Shown: in pieces, positions 14,264-25,222 of the stretch
How the letters are laid out: each line of letters starts with the position of its first letter
Numbering within the stretch: the first letter of the stretch is position 1
From: Octopus bimaculoides
Taxonomy: Eukaryota
DNA length: 64,000 nt
Assembly: GCF_001194135.2 (NCBI RefSeq)
Contig: NC_068991.1
Span: 47,198,056 to 47,262,055 of the forward strand
Direction: 5' to 3'
Program-made: the position numbers and the translations under genes
The notes under the pieces: model-generated
Database searches by the model: none
Told to the model about the DNA's origin: nothing
Seen by the model: only the letters and a program-made list of their open reading frames with translations

Positions 14264-14579
14264 CTGAGGGAAAAAGGCAGTCAAGGGAAAACTCAGACGA
14301 AATGATGAATCAAAAAAAACAATAATAATTAATAATGATGATGATTTTTTAATATAGCCACAAGGCCATACATTTTGCAGGGATAGTTTAAACTATTATA
14401 TCTATCTCAACACTTGACGGTACACTGAGGAACAAAAGGCAAAACTAGCTATTATAATAATGAATCTCACATTAACTTAAAGCTATCTGTTTTGTACAGT
14501 TGATTGGTTCAATCCCAAAATATGACTGAAATACATTATTTACATTTGATGGATATTCGTCTTCATCTTGTTTGTGGTT

Positions 14580-14625
14580 AACAGAACATTTCAGCTGATA
14601 TACCCTCCAGCCTTCATCAGGTGTC
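14580..14625 (-). ncRNA. Minimal type I hammerhead motif, CpG-decayed copy
   Basis: GACAC-CTGATGA-AGGCTG(...)CAGCT-GAAAT-GT-T-CTGTT; core boxes intact, stems eroded. Confidence 0.55.
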
Positions 14626-14672
14626 TTGGGGAAATTTCAAACCTGGGTTCTCATTCCTAAGGTATTTTTCAA

Positions 14673-14715
<43 letters not shown>

Positions 14716-14856
14716 TTCACTGCCTGGTATTGAACTCGGAATCTTGGGGTTAGTAGCCTGCGCTCTTAACCACTATGTCATATGCCCGTGGCGTAGTGGT
14801 TAAGAGCGCGGGCTACAAACCTTAAGAATGAGATCCCAGGTTCGAAATTTCCCCAA

Positions 14857-14902
14857 GACACCTGATGAAGGCTGGAGGGTATATCAGCCAAAACGTAGTG
14901 TT
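14857..14902 (+). ncRNA. Minimal type I hammerhead ribozyme motif, G12A-mutated copy
   Basis: GACAC-CTGATGA-A-GGCTG(gagggtatat)CAGCC-aAAAC-GT-A-GTGTT: stem I GACAC/GTGTT, stem II GGCTG/CAGCC, palindromic ACGT stem III. Confidence 0.7.
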
Positions 14903-16212
14903 CACAACAAACAAGATGAGGACAAATATCCATCAAATGTAAATAATGTACATAATTCCTCATCTCTTAAATCTAGAACTGAATGACTGAAATTGATTTT
15001 ATAAAACCACAAAGAGACAGATGGCAAAGTTAAATTTGGCAGAATTAAAACTCAGAAAGAAAAAAAATTAAGCTAATTTCCACAAAACATTTTCTATCCA
15101 GTGGCACGGGTTGGGCAAGATTCACTGCAGTCCACATCAATTGGAAAACACAGCAACAGAGACAACCAGCCAACAGAGTCAACCAGCCAACAAAAATAAC
15201 ATAGTTTGAGGATCCACACAGAGAGCTTAATATAAAAGCTAACCCTCTTGTTGCAAATTTATCTGACCTTTTTAATGACATTAGATCATAAATTCTTTAT
15301 TACATGTACTATTATGTACACTCTAATAGTGATTGGATGATAGCAGGTAACTATCACTTGTCCAATGCTTTTGAGCACTATAAAATCATGTAGTGTAGTA
15401 ATAATGAACATACAGTGATCATAATTATGTAAGATATCATGTTCTAATAAGAATCACTTCATGGGAGTATAACAGCAACGTCCAACTCTGACAACATCTT
15501 TGTCAATAATTTGACCTGGAAATAAACAAAACCTGGTTATGTGATTTGAAAGAGAAATATAAATTACTTAGATGCAACAACTCCTTTCAAAGGTAAGGCA
15601 TAATGTTTGTCTGTTTGAAGGCCACAAAAAGCATGAAATTTTGAATATACACTTAATTTGATTCATATTAGGTCACTATTGCTGACAATGAAAAAGACTA
15701 GAACATGGGCACACCATGTTTTTGAAACATTCTTGAATCTAACATACAGACATGTGAGATCTGATATCTTGCCAACTTTGTTTACAGTACAATCTCAAGA
15801 TAATCCCAGTACATTTCTGCCACAAGTAGCTTGCTTATAACTAAAGCAAACAAGACCATTTTGGTAAGAATAGCATGTTCTTCTCTTCTTGGTCTTCTAG
15901 TAGAAATGAACACCTTGACATGGTTACTAACTCTGAGAGTGCCAAACGCAAACCCTGTATGTTCTTAAGAAGAAAAAGATGACCAAATCAATAAGGCAGC
16001 AGAAAGCCAATAAAAACATTGGAAATTCATATCCTATAATTAACAGTGAACAGGTTATTTGATCAAGAGATTTGATTTGCAAGTGGTTCTCACTGACAAG
16101 TTGGAAATAAGAACTACACTACGTGGGAGCATAGAGAGGAAGACGTTCTCGTCATCTTTTACATTTGAAAATGGGTAAAAACAGCATTTCAACACAGCTA
16201 ATAAAAAGATAC

Positions 16213-16337
16213 TGGGAATGGTAGAGGGGCATCAGAGCCCGCTTTGTTCTGCTCGCATTGATGGCTGTGGCTCGGACTAGACAAGGGAGGACTTTGGAAT
16301 TGACTATTGCACCGTCAAACAATGGGCCAAAATGAAT
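16213..16337 (-). CDS. RALGAPA1: RalGAP-alpha exon ([30 protein letters not shown]...YHS), phase 0/2
   Basis: Acceptor ttttaatttcag, donor GTATCT; [10 protein letters not shown]...VRATAINAS motif; translated by hand. Confidence 0.95.
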
Positions 16338-18234
16338 CTGAAATTAAAAAGAAAACAACATTAATAATATTACTACCAAAAAATAATTTCCTCGAATTCA
16401 CACAAATAATAATAACAATAATAATAATAATAATCCTTTCTACTATTGGCACAAGGCCTGGAATTTGTGGGGAGGGATACAGTGAATCGCATCAACCCCC
16501 AGTACTTGACTGGTACTTAATTTATTGACCCTGAAAGGATGAAAGGCAAAGTCGACCTCGGTGGAATTTGAACTCAGAACATAGCGACAGGCAAAATATT
16601 GTTAAGCATTTCATCCAGTGTGCTAACGATTCTGCCAGCTCGCTGCCTTCTTAATAATAATAATGATGATGATTTTGTTTTTCACAAGTATATAAAGACA
16701 CAAAAACACTAACAGTAGGGGGGGGGGCTACAAAAAAAATTTTTTTAAACATGATAATGATGAAAATATAAAGGTGGTCTATAGGGTAAATCAGGACACT
16801 CCACAAACTCAAAATGTTCTCAAGAACAGCAGCAAATATCTTCTGCCTGTTGTCAGTGTACGACCAAAACTTGACTTATTCAGCCACAGTGAACTTGCTA
16901 TTCACTAGTCAAAGATCACATCTTTTCCCTCTACCCTCACCTACTAGTTCAAATGATACTAGAAGAACACAATGAGGGCTTCATTAGATAAGACTTAACC
17001 TTTCAAACTCATCCACCATACTATCTTTTTATCCTTTTGCCATCAAGCATAAAACACTAGCTGACCTTGTTATCAGAAAACTGTGAGACAATGGTTTTCA
17101 TTGGCAGATAATCTCATCTGCCAACATATTGTAGTAACTGTTTGGCATAAACCCAGAGGAAGATTAAGCACAAGTATATATCATGTTTAGAATTGCATAC
17201 AAAACTTTATCTCACCTTGAATATCATCTACTGTTTACATTGTTAGATCCATAAAGCTTGTTACAAACTAAAACTGTCCCTTGGTAGAAATGCTACACTT
17301 AGGGTTTCTAGATGTTGTCCATAATAACTAATCTAAAAATCCCTCAAGAAAGCCTGATTCAATGTATTATTAACTGATGCTCAGAGTAATTCCAAGACTA
17401 CCATCACCACTTACATTCTTCACTAATCTATTATAGAATGTGAGGACTCTTACTACTAACTGCACTGTCTTGTTGAATATGGCAATAGACCACATTGTAC
17501 AGTGGTTGGCATTTAGAAGGACATCCAACTGTAAAAACCAAGCCAAAACTGGCCTTGCCTGTGCTGGTACCATGCAGAAAAGCACTCAGTCCACTCTGCA
17601 GACTGGTTGGTGTTAGGAAGGGCATCCAGCCATAAAAAAACCATGCCAAAACTGACACTGAAGCCTGGTGCAGTCTTCTGCCGAGCCAGCTCCTGTCAAA
17701 CTGTCCAACCCATGCCAGCATGGAAAGCGGACATTAAATGATGATGATGATGTTCCAACTCCAAAACTGTAACTGAGGTAAATATTTTATAAAAGCTTTA
17801 CTGGTTTTCTTCCAAGGAATTTCAGTGCATGCATGCCTAACAACAATAAGGGCATGTCGGAATCTCCACAGAGCAAGTTTTAACAACAGATATTGTTGGT
17901 CAGTAAAGAGCAATTTCTTAAATTTGATTAAATAAATCTCAAGATAATAGCTGTACATTACTTCAGTGATGTACCCACTGGTCACTTTTAACTCAACTTT
18001 CAGACATTTTTTCTCAGCCTAATCACAAGAAATCAGGACCCTGCCTCATTTATGGCACACAAACCTATCTTACGTTCCTAAATTTTATTAAAAGCAAAGC
18101 ATAATTAGTTCCTTTGGACTCTAATCATTCTTTTCTTTTTTTTTATATATAATGAACAATAAAAAATACAAGAACATTCTTTTAAAAATATACAATTAAA
18201 AAACAAGAAAATATATTTTTAAAATGTTCCTTAC

Positions 18235-18393
18235 ATCAGGTTTCTTGTTAATGTGAATCCTAAAAAGTCCATTTGGAAGTGGGTAAATAATTATGAGAAT
18301 ATCCCCAAATTCTGTCGGAATAATGTTCCTGCGATAGTCTCGACTATGTTCTGACCACACTATATGGACCTCATCGTTCCCAAGATGCCTCAT
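18235..18393 (-). CDS. RALGAPA1: RalGAP-alpha GAP-domain exon with Asn-thumb ([31 protein letters not shown]...KKPD), phase 0/0
   Basis: Acceptor ttgttgttgcag, donor GTAAGG; RHLGND catalytic motif of Rap1GAP/TSC2/RalGAP-type domains is intact. Confidence 0.97.
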
Positions 18394-20338
18394 CTGCAAC
18401 AACAATTTTGTCAAAATTAGCAAATACGGGAGTAAAGTGCAAAGTAATAAAAAACAGTGGCTCCAGGACTGTGTCCATAACCTGTAACATGCACAAAAAC
18501 AGAATGCCAAAATAGGAATACAAACAATTGTGAACACAAAATCTACCTCTGGAAAGGAATAAACCTTAACATATGTAACCTAAGTGGTTAATGAACTTAA
18601 ATCAGTGAAAGTATGAAATATCTCAACTAGGAGGTAGTCATGTGATCACATGACCGACCTGGCTATATTGTTAAACATCACTGGTCACATTGCGCTTTTG
18701 CATTGTTTTAGCCTTCAAATAAGGCCACCCTTCTGGCTAAGTAAGCAGGTCAACATGATTGAAAAGGGGACAGGAGCAATGTGAAATGAAGTGTTTTGCT
18801 CAAGAATACAATGTGCTGCCCAGTCAGGGAATCGAACCCACAATCTAATGATTGTGAATGCAACAGCCTGACCACTAGGCTACAAGCATTCACAGGAAGT
18901 AGGGAAGCAAAAAGATACTTTCAGACAGGAATCCAAAATATTTAGCCTTTTAGCATTCAAACCAGTCATATCCAGTGGAAATATTTAACCAGTTTTATGT
19001 TGAAAAACTGGCCAGATCTTACCTCTCACTTCAACCCTACAATGTCATTCTAAAACTAAATAATCACATCACTGAAATTTCTAATTTACAAGATGATTCA
19101 AAACAATATAAATAAATAAATATTATATCTGACAGTAATCTAAATACTAAAGGGTTAGAAGACAAATGAAGCCAAGTGAAATCATAGTTGTGGCCAATGC
19201 TTGCGTAATGTAACTGGCACCTGTGCCAGTAGCATGTAAAAAGCACACTTCAAACATTGGGCCGGCCTCGTAGAGGCAATAACAAGTGACTGATACCTTT
19301 GGTGATATGCCATGCTTAAAAAGATCTGTCAAGTCAAGTGAAATCGTAGATGTAGCCAAAGCTGGTGTTACCTAACTTAGCACCCATGCCAGTTGCACGT
19401 AAAAAACACCCATTACACAGAGAGAGTGAGAGAGTTTGTGCATAAAGTAGAGTTGTTTTGCCTGACCCAGACCCATAGTTGTGCTTGAGTGAAGCAATGA
19501 GTCTGGCGGGCAAAAACAAAGGTAAGAGGACGAGTGCCTCATATTGTGGGGTCATCTGACTCATATAATGAAAAATTATAAGAGGCAAGTGCCTTAATTT
19601 ATGTCATAATTTGGAATTTATGTACGAGGTTCATAGCCTCAATGTGTAAATTTTATTTATAAAAGAACAGTGTTTTAGAGAAGCAAAGTTCGGCAGGCGG
19701 CTTTTGTCTTCTCCCATTATACTATCATGTTTATCATTCATTTTATCTCATTAATGTGTTTGTCTAGCCCGCAGCTACTCTGTGTTCTGCCTCTATGGCA
19801 AATTATAATGAAATAAAGTAGAGCTGTTTCCAAGGTAGAAATTGGCTTGCAATTTTTTTTTTTTTTTTTTTTAATATCTGAAATAGGGCCTAAAGGAAAA
19901 CCATGACAATAATCTAACAGATTAGAATGTAAGGGACAAAGAAAGTTTGTAAAAGCATTGTTGAAAGGTGAAATGAAACAACTCTAGCTAGAAGACAAAC
20001 ATCAAATATAGTCATTTATGGATTAGCTAAGGTTGGAATCCCTATGATCATAAGGTCTAAACTGATCAGGGCTAAACAAGAATTCAGATACTATTACTTC
20101 TGGTGAGACAATTCCGAGATGATAAGTTAATTATTCAAGGAAAGGCAGCTATTTTGCATTTTACAATCTACAGAAGGCCTTTTTCATGTCCCATTCTTTC
20201 TGTAAGTCTGTACTAGCTGAATCATAATTAACAAATAAATGAGCTCCTAGAACCATTCTCTCTCCACAAAAACAGAACTAAAACTGTTACAGCACAGACA
20301 AGAGAGAAGAAAACAAAAATTCTGTAAAACATACACAC

Positions 20339-20494
20339 CTTGATATGCATAGCTGCATCATTACCAGTTGGCATGCGAGTGGAAACATGGTAAATAACTT
20401 CACATGTTGAATTAGCGTAATAAGGGGCAGTCTCTCCTGTAGTCTTGTTCTGTTGCAATCCTCCAAGAAAACCAACATGTTGTTCAAGATCCAC
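20339..20494 (-). CDS. RALGAPA1: RalGAP-alpha GAP-domain exon ([20 protein letters not shown]...HVSTRMP...HIK), phase 0/0
   Basis: Acceptor gtatgttatag, donor GTGTGT; H.GF.GGL, HVSTRMP motifs. Confidence 0.97.
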
Positions 20495-20553
20495 CTATAA
20501 CATACACAAAAACAGAACACCATATTATCATTATTGTTATTATTATTATTATT

Positions 20554-21275
20554 AAGGTGGTGAAGTGGCAGAATCATAAGCATGCTGGGCGAAATGCTTA
20601 GTAGTTTTTGTCTGCCACTACATTCTGAGTTCAAATTCTGCTGAGGCCAACTTTGCCTTTCATCCTTTCGGGGTCAATAAATTAAGTACCAGTGAAACAC
20701 TGGGGGGTCAACATAATTAACTAGTCCCCTCACACCAAATTTCAGATCTTGTGCTTTTAGTAGAAATGATTATTATTATTATTATCATCATCATCATCAT
20801 CATCATCATCATTAAGATGGTGAGCTGACAGAAGCATTAGCATGCCAGGCAAAATGCTTAGCAGAATTTCATCCACCTTTACATTCTGAGTTCAAATTCC
20901 GCCAAGGTCGACTTTGCCTTTCATCCTTTCAGGATTGATAAATTAAGTACCAGTGAAATACTGGGGTCAATGTAATTGACTAATCCCCTCCCCCAAATTT
21001 CAGACCTTGTGCCTATAGTAGAAAGGATTATTATTATTTCTACTACTACTACTATTAAAGCCATTATTAGGGATTGGTAGAATCATTAGCACACCAGAAA
21101 AAAAATGCCTTACAGTATATTCTGACAGTTCCGAGTTCAAATCTCGCCATGGTCAACTTTGTCTTTTATCCATACAAGATTGATAAAATAAAGTACCAGC
21201 CAAGTATTGGAGTCAATGGCATCAACTAATCCCTTACCATCAAAACTGTTGGCCCTGTGCCTAAATTAAAAATCA
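20554..21275 (+). mobile_element. Head-to-tail array of three tRNA-SINEs separated by (ATT)n/(ATC)n
   Basis: Units start near 20554, 20814 and 21070: tggcagaatc.ttagcatgc..ggc.aaatgctta...gagttcaaatt...gtagaaaggatt(att)n. Confidence 0.85.
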
Positions 21276-21483
21276 CCACCACTATTAGTAATACTAGCAT
21301 TAGCACTGTTTAGACCAGATGTTTGTGTTTCAACATTCATTTGTAGCTGGCAAAAAAATGCCTGTTAGTTTCTTCTAATCTTTCATTTCAATACAATCAG
21401 CCTCCTTCTCTCTCTCTCTCTGCTATGGAAGAGACAGTACTAATGAGAGACATTAGTTGGGAGTCAGTAGAGTGATATGTGAA

Positions 21484-21780
21484 GGCACATGGCTAAGTGG
21501 TTAGGGCATTCGGCTCATGATCGTAGGGCCGTGTGTTCAATTCCCTGCAACACATTGTGTCCTTGAGCAAGACACTTTATTTCACAATGCTCCAGTCCAC
21601 TCAGCTGGCAAAAATGAGTAATACCTGTATTTCAAGGAGCCAGCCTTGTCACACTGTGTCACATTGAATCTCCCTGAGAACTACGTTAAGGGTAGACAGG
21701 TCTGTAGAGTGCTCATTTCACGATCAAGCTGTTCCGTTGATTGTATCAGCTGGGATCCTCATTGTCATAACCGACAGAGT
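21484..21780 (+). mobile_element. tRNA-SINE with central gtgtccttgagcaagacact domain
   Basis: A-box tggctaagtgg, B-box-like gtgttcaattccc. Related copies at 11187-11492, about 18640-18890, 40080-40390, 43480-43745 and 59180-59440. Confidence 0.75.
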
Positions 21781-21820
21781 ACTCCTTTCCTTCCTTATGT
21801 CATATCTAAATGCAAGTTAA

Positions 21821-22038
21821 CCCTTTAGTACTCAAACTGGCCATATCCAGTCAAAATATTCAACGTTTTATGTCCAAACTAGCCAGATCCAGCCTCTCAC
21901 ACCTATTCTATAATGTCCTTCTAAAAATAAACAATCACATTATGAAAATCACAAAGCTACAAGATAATCCATGATTAATTCAAAACAATGTGAATAAATA
22001 GGCATAACATTTGCTAGAATAATCTGAATACTAAAGGA
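21821..22038. mobile_element. piggyBac-type MITE, opposite orientation copy
   Basis: ttaa-ccctttag ... ctaaagga-ttaa. Confidence 0.75.
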
Positions 22039-22879
22039 TTAAACTTCAGCTGCTAAGAGATTTTGCGTGAATAGTCAACTGTAATAGAATCAATGTTGAC
22101 GGTTTGTAGTTAAGAGCAGCTAGCAGATGATGATGAGGAAAGATTTTGTGGTTGATACTAAGGATGTGATTTAACAAATATTTTAGTATCAGCCATTTAA
22201 CAGATATGTGATGAAAGTGGTGTCTGTTCTTTTAACAAAATAGTCTAACATAAAATAAGATGCTTTGTTCAAGACTCCAATATTCCTTGAGAATATTTGT
22301 AAAGCAAGAGATTTCAGTTGCTGGTTATCTTGTCCTCATGCTAACCACTCAGCAAGATCTTGTAGGTTACTTGAAGTACTATTATTTAACAGTGAACATC
22401 AGAGCAATAAAAAACAAAATAGCGAAATACCACAAAAACAAGAAATTGGCAAATCTTGTTTTCAATGAAAAATAAATGAGAAAATGTATTTGTGATAGAA
22501 GAAATCTACAAATAGTAGCGGTGGTAGTGGTGGCAGCAACAGCAGTGGTGATGGTGGTGGTGGTGCTACAGTAGCAACAGCAGCAGCAGTGGTAGTGGTT
22601 AGTGGTGGTGGAAGTAAGTGGTTGATGGGAGACCTAAGGGAGAGGTGAGATACTTCAACGAAACCTTGCAGTTAGTGAATACAATAATTGTTCAAATGTG
22701 ATCAAAAACAATTAGAAGAAAAGGTTTGAAATACAACATAATTATAGCTCCATGAACCAACAACTAAATCCCACACACACAAAGCCTTTTCATACATTCA
22801 ACAATGATATTTAGCAAAGATTCAACATGCAGTACATCTTCCTCCAAAACGTTTGGCAAGTCGTTAAACATATACTTAC

Positions 22880-23003
22880 TTCCCAGCCTAAACCACTAAC
22901 AAAATCTTCATAAGCTTTGCTTCCACCACAGTTAGCAAGTATTGAGTGTTTATCTTCCTGACCTTCAGCGACATATATCACAGCAACTTTGTGGGTGTCA
23001 CGG
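22880..23003 (-). CDS. RALGAPA1: RalGAP-alpha GAP-domain exon ([41 protein letters not shown]), phase 2/0
   Basis: Acceptor aattttctag, donor GTAAGT; RapGAP-domain start. Confidence 0.97.
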
Positions 23004-23319
23004 CTAGAAAATTTTAAAAATTTATATAAATTATTAACTCGCATTTCATATACTTTAATAATGGGATGAAAAGAGATACATATACGATGTTATTCATTAC
23101 TAAAACAGAAGCATACATTGTAAAGTTCCAACTAGAAGCTGTCACCAGATTGATATTGCTCATGCATCATTAATTTAACATCATGCCATGACCGTTATTC
23201 CCAAGAAAGTTCTCTTTTATGTATTTTTGTTTATTCTCTTCTAATGTTTTTTATATCCATAGCCAACCTTTCAATTCTTTATTTTTGAATGATTCTTTAA
23301 ATCTAAACATTTACATACA

Positions 23320-23680
23320 GGCGCAGGAGTAGCTTGCTTACCAACCACATGGTTCTGGGTTCAGTCCCACTGCGTGGCATCTTGGGCAAGTGTCTTCTAC
23401 TGTAGCCTCGGGCCGACCAAAGCCTTCTGAGTGGATCTGGTAGACGGAAACTGAAAGAAGCCCGTCGTGTGTGTGTGTGTGTGTGTGTGTGTCCTAGCAT
23501 TGCTTGACAAATGATGCTGGTGTATTTACGTCCCTGTCACTTAGCAGTTCGGCAAAAGAGACCGATAGAATAAGTACTAGGCTTCCAAAGAATAAGTCCC
23601 GGGGTCGATTTACTCGACTAAAGGTGGTGCTCCAGCATGGCCACAGTCAAATGACTGAAACAAGTAAAAGAGTAAAAGAG
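23320..23680 (+). mobile_element. Composite SINE with central (TG)n microsatellite
   Basis: ggcgcaggagt...gggttcagtcccactgcgtggca.cttgggcaagtg...gaaagaagcccgtcg(tg)n...aaatgactgaaacaagtaaaagagtaaaagag. Other copies at about 7240-7550, 34420-34580, 46370-46710, 50580-50810 and 54684-55548. Confidence 0.8.
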
Positions 23681-24231
23681 TATATAACCCCCATCTTAGT
23701 GTCTTTGTTTGGTGTCTTTATTTTATAACTGTAGCAGCATGGAAAGCTGAGTGAATAGAACAGCAGACATCAAGCTTAGAGGTTAGCAATTTATCTCCCA
23801 TCACCAGTACATAACTCTCAAATGGCCAAGACCGTCTATCAGTAAACAGCTACTTCAGGGTGAAATTAACTTGGCCCTATAAACAGTGGCATCACCAAAA
23901 GAGTCCTCATTCATTCTTTGATGAAGGAATCAATATTAGCTTATGACCATGTTAACTCAAGCACAATCAGTCAGGTAACTTCACAATCAATAAATAAATA
24001 AATATTATACCAAATATTTGTCTTACAATTACTCTAATGACATCATGGTTACTGAACAAAATATCAAAAGAAAAAGACAAAGAAAGAAAAAAAGAAAAGG
24101 AAAAGTAAAACAACATAAATTGTAAAAAAATCAAAAAGAAAGAATAAAAAAACAGGCAGAGAGTAAGAAATCACAAAAAAAAAAGCAATGAAACAAGAAT
24201 GTAACAAATATATCCTAAAATAGAAACATAC

Positions 24232-24303
24232 CATTTTTGGCTGTCCAAATTTTTCAGTTCTCGTAACAATTTGTCACTTTTCTTCAGTAAATCAAAATGA
24301 CAT
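24232..24303 (-). CDS. RALGAPA1: RalGAP-alpha exon (CHFDLLKKSDKLLRELKNLDSQK), phase 2/2
   Basis: Acceptor tcctttggcag, donor GTATGT; F.LLKK..KLLREL.NLD motif. Confidence 0.95.
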
Positions 24304-24937
24304 CTGCCAAAGGAAAAGAAATTCTTTAAATTAAAAAAGAAAGAAATTTCCCGCACCCAAGCATCATCCACATGCAATTAAGACACCTAATGCTGAACCA
24401 GCACTGGTTCCATTTACAGAGAGCTCAGAAACACCCTTCAAATTTGATTAAAAGGTCATACCAAACTTGTTACTTTCAACAGCACAAAGACACAAGAACA
24501 CAAGACCAAAGAAAAAAACTTAGTCATATACCATTCCACTGCCAAACATGAACAGCACACAACTAAAACCCTCAAAGCCGCAACAAGTGTTAGACCTCAT
24601 CACTACTGAGGATCTCTCTCACTGAACACAATAAAGACTTCATCCCATATCAGATATTAACCCTCTACAAAGCTCAACAGACACTCACAACAGAATACTG
24701 ATTTTTTTTGCTCCAGGAAATCTAATTTGAATTTAAAGTAAAACTTCCTAAGTGTAGAATTACCAGACACAAGTGCCAAAAATGCAGCACAGAAAATCCA
24801 AAGGCTCAGTTTTCAGTTATGTGACAATGTCAATAATTTTGAGTGCTTAAGTCACAAAAGTGCTAAAAGTGCATTATGACAGCCTGCTACATTTGAAATG
24901 CATGTCTGAAATAGCTGAGAACCATACACCATTAGAC

Positions 24938-25222
24938 CAGGGGTTTTCAAACTGTGGTCCCCGGACTACATGGGGTCTGCAAGGACAAGACAGGGGGTCC
25001 GTGGACAGCAAATACTTTTTATGGGCAATTTGATTTTATATATGTTTTTTAATTGAAATCTTTTAATTGACAATAAACCTATTTGTTAAATAGTGTTAAA
25101 TAAATAAATGTAAAAATATATGTTATTTTAAGCAAATATTTATGTATAAATTTCATAAGCGTTCATAAGGTAAAGCCTGAAATATAAAGGGGTCCGCAAG
25201 TCAAAAAGTTTGAAAACCCCTG
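24938..25222. mobile_element. hAT (Charlie-like) MITE
   Basis: Perfect TIR caggggttttcaaact / agtttgaaaacccctg; perfect 8-bp TSD cattagac (24930-24937, 25223-25230). Confidence 0.9.

Larger units (their letters stand above)
14533..14982. mobile_element. Head-to-head inverted dimer of a tRNA-headed, hammerhead-bearing retroposon (Penelope-like tail)
   Basis: Left arm 14533-14780 is the reverse complement of right arm 14789-14950. A-box TGGCGTAGTGG, B-box-like GAGTTCAATACC, 11-bp TSD ATGACTGAAAT (14522-14532, 14983-14993). Confidence 0.8.

Noticed and set aside
14712-14820. tRNA gene
   Set aside because: Only A/B-box-like heads fused to a repeat tail; no complete cloverleaf or acceptor stem could be built, so it is treated as a SINE head.
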